Positions 45,267 to 55,042 of a stretch of 64,000 bases of DNA are shown here, piece after piece. The translations under genes were made by a program, and so were the position numbers. Below the pieces are notes generated by a model. That model worked only from the letters and a program-made list of their open reading frames with translations. It made no database searches and was not told the origin of the DNA. Every line of letters starts with the position of its first letter. Positions within the stretch are counted from its first letter, which is position 1. The stretch comes from Minisyncoccota bacterium (GTDB taxonomy: Bacteria > Patescibacteriota > Minisyncoccia > Phycocordibacterales > UBA6065): contig JBAZUA010000002.1 of assembly GCA_041661645.1 (NCBI GenBank), positions 19,670 to 83,669 on the forward strand, in the 5' to 3' direction.

Positions 45267-45375
45267 GTGGATATTTGATGTGTGTAGGTGCTGGAGTGTG
45301 ATGACGCTGATGGCGTCGTCGTTAGAGGGGATTCGTTCCCTATTTAACACTTTATTCTAGGAAAGTCAATTAGTT

Positions 45376-45972
45376 CTATCGATACAGCTTCTTGTCGAGG
45401 ATGAACCTCGCCACGGAAGGAAAAACGTGTTTGGAAAGTTCGTCCCCGTCATGGGCGATCTTGCGCACCATGGTGCTTGAAAGGCTTATGTCGCCGGCCA
45501 TCGGCAGGATGAGGTGATTCTTGGGAAGGAGGCATTCGGAGAGGGGTTTCGAACCAGGCCTTTCGATGAAGATGAATCGGGCGGAGTCAAACAGTTCCTG
45601 TCCGCGCACCCATTTGGAGGCTATGTCGGGTATGACGTCCGAACCGCAGACAAAATGAAAGTCGCAGTCGGGATAGAGCGCCTCGAGCTCCTGCCTCGTC
45701 TCAAAGGTGCTCGACAGGCCCTGCTTGCGGGCCTCGTGATCGAATGCCCGCATGGGTTTATGCATTGCGGCGCGATCATCCTCGATCATGAGCCTCACCA
45801 TCTCCAGACGGTCATCGCCGGACACCGACATGGCCTTGTCCCAGCGATTGGCCGACGGCATCACCCACACCTCGTCTATGCCATCGAGCCGGCTGAGCGC
45901 ACGCGCGACCTCGCCGTGCCCGCGATGGGGAGGGTTGAATGCGCCGCCGAATATGGCTATCTGCTTTCTCAC
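45376..45972 (-). CDS. nadD: Nicotinate-nucleotide adenylyltransferase.
   Basis: IAIFGGAFNPPHRGH is the (H/T)xGH nucleotidyltransferase motif of NadD. GTG start. Confidence 0.8.
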   Translation of the reverse strand: MRKQIAIFGGAFNPPHRGHGEVARALSRLDGIDEVWVMPSANRWDKAMSVSGDDRLEMVRLMIEDDRAAMHKPMRAFDHEARKQGLSSTFETRQELEALYPDCDFHFVCGSDVIPDIASKWVRGQELFDSARFIFIERPGSKPLSECLLPKNHLILPMAGDISLSSTMVRKIAHDGDELSKHVFPSVARFILDKKLYR

Positions 45973-45983
45973 GTTCGTGCCGA

Positions 45984-47954
45984 TTATTCGAGCTCCTTGA
46001 TCCAGAGATTGACCTCGGCGTCAGACGGCATTCTCCAGTCTCCGCGAGGGGAGAGTGCCACTGATCCGACTTTCGGTCCATCGGGCATGACTGACCTCTT
46101 CCACTGATTCCTGAAGAAGCGGTTGATGAATGTCCTGAGCCATTTCTTTATCTCGTTCTCGCTATAGTCCTTTCCGAAGGCCTGCGCGGCGAGGAAGGCT
46201 ATCTTTCGGGGATTGGTCGCCCAGCGCACGAAGTGATAGAGGAAGAAGTCATGGAGCTCGTAGGGGCCGATGATGTCCTCGGTCTTCTGCGATATCTTCG
46301 AGCCGGTTTTCTTGAGCTCGGGGGAAACAGGCGTGTCGAGCACGTCGCGAAGGGTGTCGGCGAAGGCCTTGTTCTTCTCGCTCTCGACTACGTGTTCCAC
46401 GACGTGGCGCACGAGGGTCTTGGGGACGCCCGCGTTCACGTTGTAATGGGAGAGATGGTCTCCGCTGAAGGTGCACCAACCAAGGGCAATCTCCGACAGG
46501 TCTCCGGTGCCGAGCACCATGCCGCCGAGCTGATTGGCCTTGTTCATGAGTATCATGGTTCGATAGCGGGCCTGCACGTTCTCGTAGGTGATGTCCTGGG
46601 TCTCGCCGTCATGGGCGATGTCCTTGAACTGCTGGGTCGAGCCTGGCGCGATCGAGATTTCCTCGAGCGATATTCCCGCCGCCTCGGCCAGCTTGTACGC
46701 GTTCGATTTGGTTCGGTCGGTGGTTCCGAATCCTGGCATGGTGAAGGCTCGGATGTCCTTGAGGGGAAGCCCGAGCTTCTCGAAGGTTCTCATGGCGACG
46801 AGTAGGGCGAGGGTGGAGTCGAGCCCTCCTGACAGGCCGAGTACGATCTTGTCGATGCCCGAATACTCGATGCGCTTTGCCAGTCCGGCGACCTGTATGC
46901 TGAAGATCTCTTCGGTCACCCGTCGCTTGGTTTCGGCGCTTGATGACAGGAAAGGCGACCTCGACATGTTCCTTCTCAGATTGCCGTCCTTGAGGCCCAT
47001 GGTGATGTTGGTCTCTATGGTGCGATACTCGCGGCATCCGAGCTCCTGATTGCTCTCGCCGAAGCTCGTGGTCTTGATGCGGTCGAGGACGCAGTTCTCG
47101 ATGTCTATCTCTGACACGATGATCTCGCTCTCCCTGTTGAATCTCTTGGTCTCGGAGAGCATCATGCCGTTCTCGGCTATCATCGCATGTCCGCCGAACA
47201 CGACGTCGGTTGTCGACTCGTGCACGCCCGAAGAAGCATAGACGTACCCCGACACGGTGCGTGCCGACTGGTTTGCCACGAGGCTCCTGCGATATTCGGC
47301 CTTGCCGACGAGCTCGTTCGAGGCCGAGAGGTTGGCGACAATGGTCGCTCCCGCCACGGTGTGGAACGAGCTTGGGGGAAGCGGGGTCCAGAGATCCTCG
47401 CAGATCTCGAGGGCCAGGACGCACTGGGCGTTTTCCCTTGAGCGGAAGAGGAGGTCGGTTCCCACGGGCACGGTCTCGCCGAAGAGCTCGATCTCGCGCG
47501 AGGTGAGGTCCCTCGACGAAGAGAACCATCGCTCCTCGTAGAATTCCTTGTAGCCGGGAATGCTTGTTTTTGGCACGAGGCCGAGAATCTTGCCGCCGCT
47601 TATGACCGCGCCGACATTGAATATCATGGTGTCGATGATGAGGGGCAGGCCGACCACTATCGTCGCAGGAATCTGCGCGGAGCCGTCTCGTATAGACTTG
47701 AGGGCGACGAGTGCCTTGTCGAGGAGCAGGCGCTGATGGAAAAGGTCACCGATGCTGTATCCGGTTATGCAGAGCTCGGGGAATACGATGATCGCCGAGC
47801 CTTCCCGGGCAGCCTTTTTGGAGAGGGCGAGTATCTCCCTGGCGTTCCACTCGGTGTCGGCCACCTTGAGCTTGGGCACGACCGCCGCCACGCGGACGAA
47901 TCCGTGCCTGTCTGCTGTCTGTGCGGTCTTTGTTCTCTGTGCTGGCTTTTTCAT
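45984..47954 (-). CDS. nadE: Glutamine-dependent NAD+ synthetase (CN-hydrolase domain plus NAD synthetase domain).
   Basis: N-terminal nitrilase-like domain. The C-terminal PP-loop is VLGLSGGLDSTLALLVA. Confidence 0.85.
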   Translation of the reverse strand: MKKPAQRTKTAQTADRHGFVRVAAVVPKLKVADTEWNAREILALSKKAAREGSAIIVFPELCITGYSIGDLFHQRLLLDKALVALKSIRDGSAQIPATIVVGLPLIIDTMIFNVGAVISGGKILGLVPKTSIPGYKEFYEERWFSSSRDLTSREIELFGETVPVGTDLLFRSRENAQCVLALEICEDLWTPLPPSSFHTVAGATIVANLSASNELVGKAEYRRSLVANQSARTVSGYVYASSGVHESTTDVVFGGHAMIAENGMMLSETKRFNRESEIIVSEIDIENCVLDRIKTTSFGESNQELGCREYRTIETNITMGLKDGNLRRNMSRSPFLSSSAETKRRVTEEIFSIQVAGLAKRIEYSGIDKIVLGLSGGLDSTLALLVAMRTFEKLGLPLKDIRAFTMPGFGTTDRTKSNAYKLAEAAGISLEEISIAPGSTQQFKDIAHDGETQDITYENVQARYRTMILMNKANQLGGMVLGTGDLSEIALGWCTFSGDHLSHYNVNAGVPKTLVRHVVEHVVESEKNKAFADTLRDVLDTPVSPELKKTGSKISQKTEDIIGPYELHDFFLYHFVRWATNPRKIAFLAAQAFGKDYSENEIKKWLRTFINRFFRNQWKRSVMPDGPKVGSVALSPRGDWRMPSDAEVNLWIKELE

Positions 47955-47960
47955 ATTGGT

Positions 47961-48623
47961 TTAGAAGAATTTTTTTAATTGGGACGGCTTTCGGGAGGTG
48001 AACCTGTGCAGTCTCGCGGGCCTCTGCCGTCCGCCCTTCGAGAATGAGTCTGTCTCCTCGACGAGCCCGAGCTCCATGAACTTCTTCCTGAAATTTCTCT
48101 TGTCGAGCGTCCTGCCGAGTATGCTCTCGTAGGTCTTTTGGAGTTCGGTGAGAGTGAAGAGCTTGGGGAGGAGGGAATAGGTGACGTTGGTGTACTCGAC
48201 TTTCGACTGGAGCCTCTCGATGGCATAGCTGACTATCTTGTTATGGTCGAAGGCGAGCTTGGGGAGGGAGAAGGCGGACATCAGCCGGGGCCTCTGGGTG
48301 TGCTCGGTTTCCCTGATGGTCATCTCTCCCGGGGGAACGAGGGCGAAATAGGTCACCGAGAATATGGGCCCTCGCGGGTCCCTTGATGGGTCGTCGAAGG
48401 TATAGAGCTGTTCGAGGTAGGCGCCATCGACGCCTGCCTTGTCCCGCAGTATGCGCAGGGCGGCGTCCTTGCTTGTCTCGCCCGCGAGGAGGAAGCCTCC
48501 CGGCAGGGCGGGGGAGTTGGCGAACGGCTCTCGGGCGCGCTGTATGATGAGCGTCTTGAGCGTACCGTCCTCGATGGTGAAGATCACCACGTCGACTGTT
48601 ATTGTTGGGTCCAGGAATTTCAT
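47961..48623 (-). CDS. nrtR: NrtR-type Nudix-related transcriptional regulator (Nudix domain plus C-terminal winged helix).
   Basis: Nudix-like N-terminus (PGGFLLAGETSKDAALRILRDKAG) and a C-terminal wHTH. It lies directly upstream of pncB-nadD-nadE on the same strand. Confidence 0.7.
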   Translation of the reverse strand: MKFLDPTITVDVVIFTIEDGTLKTLIIQRAREPFANSPALPGGFLLAGETSKDAALRILRDKAGVDGAYLEQLYTFDDPSRDPRGPIFSVTYFALVPPGEMTIRETEHTQRPRLMSAFSLPKLAFDHNKIVSYAIERLQSKVEYTNVTYSLLPKLFTLTELQKTYESILGRTLDKRNFRKKFMELGLVEETDSFSKGGRQRPARLHRFTSRKPSQLKKFF

Positions 48624-48686
48624 GTTCTTATATATTGTAAACTTGACACTAAATATGCCTTCCTGTAGTATCTGGGGCAGGAGTCT

Positions 48687-48707
48687 TTAGTGTTTTTAGT
48701 ACACTAA
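48687..48707. promoter_or_regulatory. Candidate operator palindrome upstream of nrtR (ttagtgt-N7-acactaa).
   Basis: 7-bp inverted arms read directly. It lies about 65 nt upstream of the nrtR start. Confidence 0.25.
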
Positions 48708-48895
48708 GGATAGTACCAGAGACCCCAGGGTGAATGCAAGCGGCATACCTTGACTTTTTGAGAAAAAATGTTAGTTTCTGGAACGAAAGTTCCTTGACAA
48801 ATAGCTAGTGTAATTTGTTTGTCAAAGAGAGTTTTCTGCCTTAGAGAAACAGACAACCAACAGAACAACAATATAACGAAAGGATAGACCAACTT

Positions 48896-49792
48896 ATGAG
48901 CCCATTCACACTGGCTCGGGGCACTGTCATTGGCAGGGCCCACCTTCAGCCCCTTGGCTGGAGGAACAATCAGGACGCGCTCTGCGTCATCAACCTGCTG
49001 GAGCCGAGCGGTATCGCAATCGCGGTCATCGCCGACGGCTGCAGCAGCGGCGCGGAGAAGGGCAAGGTCTCTCACAACGAGGTGGGCGCCAAAATCGCCT
49101 CATCCATCGTCGCGCAGAGCATCCTTCGCCACCTTCCTCGATACCTTCAACGGGTCGATCAGGGCGGCGATTCGCTGACGTTTCCCTACTGGGAGGACGT
49201 CAGACAGGATGCGCTTTCGCACATTCGGGTGATCGCATCGGCCATGGACGCGAGTCTGCCGAGGGTGGTCATGGATTACTTCCTCTTCACCCTCATCGGA
49301 TTCGTGGTCACGCCTCATGGCGCGTTCGTGTTCTCGATCGGCGACGGCGTCTACTGCCTCAACGGGCAGGTGACAAGGCTGGAGCCGGCCGAGGGAAACA
49401 AGCCCGCATACGTGGGGTATGGACTCCTGCGCTCTGATCAGCACGACTCTGACCCTGAAGCCTGCAAGTTCAAGGTCCCTGTCGCCGTCCTGACCGAGAG
49501 CGTCGAATCGATCCTGGTGGGCACCGACGGTCTGGGCGATTTCGTCCATGCCGCCGAGGCCCGTCTGCCGGGAAAGAAAGACATCGTGGGGCCCTTGTCC
49601 CAATTCTGGGAACAGGACCACTACTTCACCAATCCCGATCAGGTTCGCCGGACTCTGGCGTTGGTAAACAACGCCAGTTCCGTGCCCGATTGGGGTCAGC
49701 GCGTCATGCAACACGAACCGGGACTCCTGTCCGACGACGTGACCCTCGCGGTCATTCGTCGGTCGAAGCCTAAAACCAAAGGAATCACATGA
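48896..49792 (+). CDS. PP2C-family protein Ser/Thr phosphatase-like protein.
   Basis: GRAHLQPLGWRNNQDALCV and AVIADGCSSGAEKG are PP2C motifs 1 and 2 (aspartate-containing). Confidence 0.6.
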   Translation: MSPFTLARGTVIGRAHLQPLGWRNNQDALCVINLLEPSGIAIAVIADGCSSGAEKGKVSHNEVGAKIASSIVAQSILRHLPRYLQRVDQGGDSLTFPYWEDVRQDALSHIRVIASAMDASLPRVVMDYFLFTLIGFVVTPHGAFVFSIGDGVYCLNGQVTRLEPAEGNKPAYVGYGLLRSDQHDSDPEACKFKVPVAVLTESVESILVGTDGLGDFVHAAEARLPGKKDIVGPLSQFWEQDHYFTNPDQVRRTLALVNNASSVPDWGQRVMQHEPGLLSDDVTLAVIRRSKPKTKGIT

Positions 49793-51681
49793 AAGAGGTA
49801 TTTATGGACGGCGGCCGCATCCTGCTCTCCGGGCTCAAGTCCGTGGGCAAGGGCGGCGAGGCCGAGATCTATCTCCATCAGGGCATGGCTCTCAAGGTCT
49901 TCAAGGAGTCGGACCATCCCGACTATGACGGGCTCCCGCACGAGCAGCACGGTGCTGTGGCGCGGATCAGGGTCCATCAGAAAAAGCTCCCGATGTTTCC
50001 GAAAGGGCTGCCGCCTCAGGTGGTGGTTCCGAGGAAGCTCCTCACCGACAGGTCGGGGAACAACATCGTGGGCTATGCCATGGACATGGTGGGCGGTGCC
50101 GATCGCTTGGTTCAGCTGAGCGAACCCGGCTTCCACAATGCCGGCCTGAGCAACGGGACGGTGAGCGAGTTGTTCTCCAAGATGCACGACGTCGTAAGCG
50201 GTATCCATTCCGCCAAGGTCGTCATCGGGGACTTCAACGACCTCAACGTGATGGTTCGCGGCGGCGAGATCTTCATGATCGACGCCGACTCGTTCCAGTT
50301 CGGGAGTTTCCTCACGGGAACCTTCACCGTCAGATTCGTCGACCCAACCCTCTGCGATCCGCAGGGGAAGTCGCCGATGCTCATCAAGCCTCACGGCGAG
50401 GCATCGGACTGGTTTGCCTTCTCGGTGCTCCTGATGCAATCGCTCCTCTGTGTGGGTCCCTACGGCGGTATCTACCGCCCCAAGGACGCCACCAAGCGGG
50501 TGCCACATGAGACGCGGTCGCTTCGCCGAATCTCGGTCTTCCGGGATGAGGTGAAGTATCCGCTGCCGGCGATTCCCTACGGGGTCTTGTCGGACGATTT
50601 GCTGCACCACTTCCACAGGGTGTTCGAGCGAGACGAGCGAGGGGCTTTCCCTCCGAAGCTCATTCGGGCGCTCAGTTGGAGAAGATGCGGCAAGTGTTCG
50701 ATCGAGCATGCGCGTCACGCCTGCCCGATCTGCGAGCCAAACGTTCCCGCGCCTGCGTCGGTAAAGGAGTCAACCATGATCAAGGGCAAGTTAAGCATCA
50801 CTCAGATGTTCCGTCGGCCTGGCGCCATCATCGTGTGCGCCGCGGCCCAAAACGGGACGCTTCAGTGGGTCTATCACGAGAACGGGGAATACCTTCGGGA
50901 GGACGGCTCGGTCATCATCAGATCGAGCCTTGACCCCCATCTCCGCTTTCGCATTCAGGGGAAGGTCACTCTTGTGGCCCAGGGACAGAAGGTGACGGCG
51001 TTCGAGGCGGGGAAACCCGTCGAGTCTGCCGTCGTCGACACGTTCCTGAATCTTCCCGTCATGGACGCCAACGAGCTTCATCGCTTCTGGCTTTCGGGCG
51101 GAAGGCTCCTTCGCGGCGGCGGCGTCGCTCCCGAGCATATCGGGGAGGTGCTTGCCGACCAGTCGTTCTTCTGGGTCGGGCCCAAGTTCGGGTTCGGCTT
51201 CTACCGGGCGGGTCGCCTGGTGATTGGCTTCGTCTTTGACTGCGCGGGTCGCGCCCTAAACGACTCGGTCAAGCTTCCCCCGATGAGGGGTCAGCTGATC
51301 GACTCGACCTGCTTCTTCTCGAAGGACCTTTGCTGGTTCCTCTGGAGTGAGCAGGAGGCGGGCAAACGCATCAATCACTGCGCGGTCATAGGTGCCCAGG
51401 GCACGATGATGGCGCACGAGTCCGCCCCGGAAGGAGCGGACGACGAGAAAGCGTGGCTCGCCACGCTGCGCAGCAAGTGCGCGGCCGGAATGTTCCTCCT
51501 GTCAGCCACCGAAGACGGACTTGTCCGCATCGGCGTCGAGCAGGGGACCATACGGGTCATCGAAAAGTTTCCCGACACGGAACCCTTCATCTCCCCCGGA
51601 CATCATCTGTTCGCGGGGAAGGAGGGACTGTTTGTCGTTCAAGGTCAGAAAATCACTCTCATGAAGCTTAACCGCTCGTGA
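49789..51681 (+). CDS. Protein-kinase-like protein (atypical Ser/Thr kinase fold) with a large C-terminal domain.
   Basis: A VAIK-like lysine (ALKVF). A catalytic-loop-like IGDFNDLNVMV and a DFG-like IDADSF. It overlaps the PP2C gene by 4 nt. Confidence 0.55.
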   Translation: MKEVFMDGGRILLSGLKSVGKGGEAEIYLHQGMALKVFKESDHPDYDGLPHEQHGAVARIRVHQKKLPMFPKGLPPQVVVPRKLLTDRSGNNIVGYAMDMVGGADRLVQLSEPGFHNAGLSNGTVSELFSKMHDVVSGIHSAKVVIGDFNDLNVMVRGGEIFMIDADSFQFGSFLTGTFTVRFVDPTLCDPQGKSPMLIKPHGEASDWFAFSVLLMQSLLCVGPYGGIYRPKDATKRVPHETRSLRRISVFRDEVKYPLPAIPYGVLSDDLLHHFHRVFERDERGAFPPKLIRALSWRRCGKCSIEHARHACPICEPNVPAPASVKESTMIKGKLSITQMFRRPGAIIVCAAAQNGTLQWVYHENGEYLREDGSVIIRSSLDPHLRFRIQGKVTLVAQGQKVTAFEAGKPVESAVVDTFLNLPVMDANELHRFWLSGGRLLRGGGVAPEHIGEVLADQSFFWVGPKFGFGFYRAGRLVIGFVFDCAGRALNDSVKLPPMRGQLIDSTCFFSKDLCWFLWSEQEAGKRINHCAVIGAQGTMMAHESAPEGADDEKAWLATLRSKCAAGMFLLSATEDGLVRIGVEQGTIRVIEKFPDTEPFISPGHHLFAGKEGLFVVQGQKITLMKLNRS

Positions 51682-51712
51682 ACAAACAAAAACAGCACGG
51701 AGAAATCAACAC

Positions 51713-52774
51713 ATGCAAGCTACAATCAGCAATCCTGCCAAGCAACTGCCCGTTCCCGGGCACTTCGATCCCAAAAAGGTCGGTCAAGATCCCTGGCGCG
51801 TCGACTATAACAGTCTCGCGCCGGCCGCTCGTGACTGGGCCAAGAAACACGGCATCAAGCCGTCCGCAACCGACAAGACCCGCATCGCGCTCATGATCAT
51901 CGACGCGCAGAACACGTTCTGCCTGCAGGGCTTCGAGCTCTTTGTGGGCGGTCGTTCCGGAACCGGCGCAATTGACGACAATCGTCGTTTCTGCGAGTTC
52001 GTCTATCACAACCTCGGCGTCATCAGCACCATCGCCTGCACGCTTGATACCCATCAGGCGCAGCAGATCTTCCACGAGACGTTTTGGATCAACGCCAAGG
52101 GCGAGCATCCCAATGCCGCCCTCTGCCCGACCATCTCGCTCGAGGATATCAAGAACGGCGTCTGGAAGGTGAACCCTTCCATCGCGCCCGCCATCGGCAA
52201 CAGCTATCCCGCACTGCAGGCTCACGCGCTTCATTACGCGGGCGAGCTCAGCAAGGCGGGGAAGTTCGCGCTGACGGTCTGGCCCTATCACGCCATGATC
52301 GGCGGCATCGGCCATGCGCTGGTGTCCTCGGTGGAAGAGGCCGTCTTCTTCCATAGCGTCGCGAGAACCTCGAAGACCATATTCGAGATCAAGGGTGGCA
52401 ATGCCGTGACGGAGAACTTCTCGATCCTGCGCCCCGAGGTCCTCACCGGCCCCGGCGGAGTTCCGATCGCCCAGAAGAACTCGCGCTTCCTCAAGGTCCT
52501 CCTGGACCACGACATCGTGATCATTGCCGGCCAGGCCAAGAGCCATTGCGTGGCTTGGACGATCGAAGACCTCCTCACCGAGATCAACGCCGTCGACCCC
52601 ACGCTCGCCAGGAAGGTGTATCTCCTCGAGGACTGCACCTCCCCCGTCGTCATTCCCGGCGTCGTGGACTTCACCGATTCGGCCAACGCCGCCTTCGACA
52701 AGTTCCGCGCTGCCGGCATGCACGTCGTTCGTTCGACTGATCCCATCGAGAGCTGGCCGGACGTCAGCCTCTAA
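51713..52774 (+). CDS. Isochorismatase/nicotinamidase-family cysteine hydrolase (large 353-aa form).
   Basis: ALMIIDAQNTFC (D...N.F) and the catalytic Cys in AGQAKSHCVAWT. Confidence 0.6.
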   Translation: MQATISNPAKQLPVPGHFDPKKVGQDPWRVDYNSLAPAARDWAKKHGIKPSATDKTRIALMIIDAQNTFCLQGFELFVGGRSGTGAIDDNRRFCEFVYHNLGVISTIACTLDTHQAQQIFHETFWINAKGEHPNAALCPTISLEDIKNGVWKVNPSIAPAIGNSYPALQAHALHYAGELSKAGKFALTVWPYHAMIGGIGHALVSSVEEAVFFHSVARTSKTIFEIKGGNAVTENFSILRPEVLTGPGGVPIAQKNSRFLKVLLDHDIVIIAGQAKSHCVAWTIEDLLTEINAVDPTLARKVYLLEDCTSPVVIPGVVDFTDSANAAFDKFRAAGMHVVRSTDPIESWPDVSL

Positions 52775-52816
52775 ACAACACAACACCACCTCAGAAAACA
52801 CAGGAAACCATCCATC

Positions 52817-53611
52817 ATGGCATCACCATCAAGTCAGAGCGCGGACGCCAAGAGCCTTCTCTTGGCGTCTCAGAACGAGGGAAACCTCTCGAAAACCTCC
52901 GCACACATCCTGGTTGTCGATGACATCGCCAACCGGATCAATGCGGGTTTGGGCAATCCGGCAATCAACGTGGCTGCGAGCGAGGTCACCCTCGTCAACA
53001 CCCTCATCGACGACTCGGGTTCCATTCGCATGGTCGCCGGCAACTGCGAGGCGGTTCGAACGGGTCATAACCTGATCCTCGAATCGCTTGGCGGCGCCAA
53101 GGCCAACGAAGGGATGCAGGCCATGTGCATGTATCTCAACGGAACCCAGCTCTATGATTACCGCCCGCTGTCGGGCGCGATCAAGATGGAGCCGTCTAAC
53201 TACGACCCCGACGGCGGCACGCCCCTCTATGACCAGTCGGTCGTATTCTTGGGCACCGTGCTCGCCAAGCTCCAGGAGTTCACGAACATCGGCGTCCCGG
53301 CCAAGTCGATCAGCCTGATCGTCACGGACGGCGCGGACCAGCACTCGCGCAAGCACAGTGCCTCTGACGTCGCTTCGCTCGTGGACGACCTGCTCCGTCA
53401 GGAAAACCACATCGTTGCCTTCATGGGTATCAGTGACGGCAGGACGGACTTCCGTGGCATCGCCCGCGACATGGGCATCCGCGACGAGTGGATTCTCACC
53501 CCGGGCAACACCCAGAGCGAGATCCGCAAGGCGTTCGGCCTGTTCAGCCAGTCGGCGGTCAAGGCGAGCCAGGCCGGCAACTTCAGCGGCGTGGGCGGCT
53601 TTGGCGGCTGA
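52817..53611 (+). CDS. von Willebrand factor A (TerY-like) domain protein.
   Basis: MIDAS motif LIDDSGSIR, with T and D positions downstream (LIVTDGADQ). Confidence 0.6.
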   Translation: MASPSSQSADAKSLLLASQNEGNLSKTSAHILVVDDIANRINAGLGNPAINVAASEVTLVNTLIDDSGSIRMVAGNCEAVRTGHNLILESLGGAKANEGMQAMCMYLNGTQLYDYRPLSGAIKMEPSNYDPDGGTPLYDQSVVFLGTVLAKLQEFTNIGVPAKSISLIVTDGADQHSRKHSASDVASLVDDLLRQENHIVAFMGISDGRTDFRGIARDMGIRDEWILTPGNTQSEIRKAFGLFSQSAVKASQAGNFSGVGGFGG

Positions 53612-53765
53612 TTCATTAGCTATATTGTCAGCATGTAGAGGTCAGATTGTTCTTTAGTCAGTCGTAGCGAGGGGCGGGTCCACAGGACCCGCCCCTTTTT
53701 CTTACCCAAAACTCTCGACCGGGACCTCCTTGTGCCTGGATTGCGCTCGGTGCTAAAATGGTGGC

Positions 53766-54146
53766 ATGGACATGGAACTCTCAAAAAAGAACATCGGAAC
53801 AGGCGTGGCGCTTTTCTCCCTCGTCATCGCCTTCATCGACCCTCTGCTCGGACTGTTCTTCCTCCTGCTTGCCGCGTTCGTCTTCCTCTACTGGCATCGA
53901 CACGAGGAGCGCGGCAATCTCGGCCACTTCGCCGAGGTGCATTCGGCACAGAAGCTCGAGAATCTCGGTCGCGTCCTCGAATACGCCCGCTCGGCAAAGG
54001 GCGAGGTCGCTAATGACGACGTCGAGAGGCTTCTCGGTGTCTCAAACTCAACCGCCGAGCGATATCTGAACGATCTCGAGAAGCGCGGGCACTTGGTCCA
54101 GGTCGGTACGACGGGCAGGGGAGTGACGTACCGATTGGCGGAATAG
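53766..54146 (+). CDS. Membrane protein with a C-terminal winged-helix DNA-binding domain.
   Basis: An N-terminal transmembrane pair. The C-terminal ERYLNDLEKRGHLVQVGTTGRGVTYRL is wHTH-like. Confidence 0.4.
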   Translation: MDMELSKKNIGTGVALFSLVIAFIDPLLGLFFLLLAAFVFLYWHRHEERGNLGHFAEVHSAQKLENLGRVLEYARSAKGEVANDDVERLLGVSNSTAERYLNDLEKRGHLVQVGTTGRGVTYRLAE

Positions 54147-54161
54147 CCCCTATTTCAATAC

Positions 54162-54986
54162 ATGGAAAAGATACATGAGGGCTCAATCGAGGCGATCGCC
54201 AACTACCAGGGCAATGATTCGCTTCTTTTATTCGAGCGCGTGAGCAATCCGGTCATACGGGAGCAGATAATAGGCCTCTTGATCGAGGGCGAGCGATCGA
54301 GAGACGGCTCACCTGTCGAGGTATTGGAGGAAGAAAGCCCCGGCGTTTTCAAGAAAGACGAAGCCGGCGAGATCGTCGTGAAGACGATCCCGTACAGAGC
54401 CCGCTCTCGGGAGGAGATTGAGTCGGATTTGGATGAGGCCATTCAGAGGGAGGTTTCCGTCACCAACATATCTTTTAACGATGACCCGAATATGCAATCC
54501 TCGAGTTCCGAGATTGAGATGAGGGCGCTCGCCCCATGGAACGGCAAGCCGTTCAACGAGAAGCAGATGAGCAACATCGAAGCCCATGAAAAGGGTCACA
54601 ATCTGAGGCCGTATCGCGCGGATTTCTTCAAGACGCATTTCCAGGGTGCGTTTTCATTTGATGACAAGGTGATCACCGATCGGGACATCGAGATGTATCG
54701 AAAGGTGCTGAATGAGGACGAGAGGAACGAGCCTGACGAGAAGATAAGGGAGATCATCCTCGACTATCTCTTTTATCCCATGGAGATTGCCGAGAGGATG
54801 TCCCAGCTCAAGAATTATTTCGGCATGTCTGCTGACGACACCTTCACTCGGGAGCATTTGCACTATGCCGTAGAGCATTATGTGGCCGACACGGGCGTTG
54901 ATAACGGTATGGGCATGTTCTTTCGGGCGATAAAGCCCGAGACGGAGGACGAGTTCATAAGGCTCATCAATTGTTCGGGCATATAG
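54162..54986 (+). CDS. Hypothetical protein (274 aa).
   Basis: ATG start. It contains an HEKGH (HExxH-like) pentapeptide. I cannot assign a family. Confidence 0.4.
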   Translation: MEKIHEGSIEAIANYQGNDSLLLFERVSNPVIREQIIGLLIEGERSRDGSPVEVLEEESPGVFKKDEAGEIVVKTIPYRARSREEIESDLDEAIQREVSVTNISFNDDPNMQSSSSEIEMRALAPWNGKPFNEKQMSNIEAHEKGHNLRPYRADFFKTHFQGAFSFDDKVITDRDIEMYRKVLNEDERNEPDEKIREIILDYLFYPMEIAERMSQLKNYFGMSADDTFTREHLHYAVEHYVADTGVDNGMGMFFRAIKPETEDEFIRLINCSGI

Positions 54987-55042
54987 GGCGGACGGTCTTC
55001 TTTTGACATTCAATCAAAAATTTGTTATAGTTATGTGCATAC

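Noticed and set aside
54162-54986. HEKGH pentapeptide as evidence for a zinc metalloprotease.
   Set aside because: It is an isolated HExxH in a highly charged context with no third zinc ligand, and no zincin fold is recognisable. It is likely coincidental.
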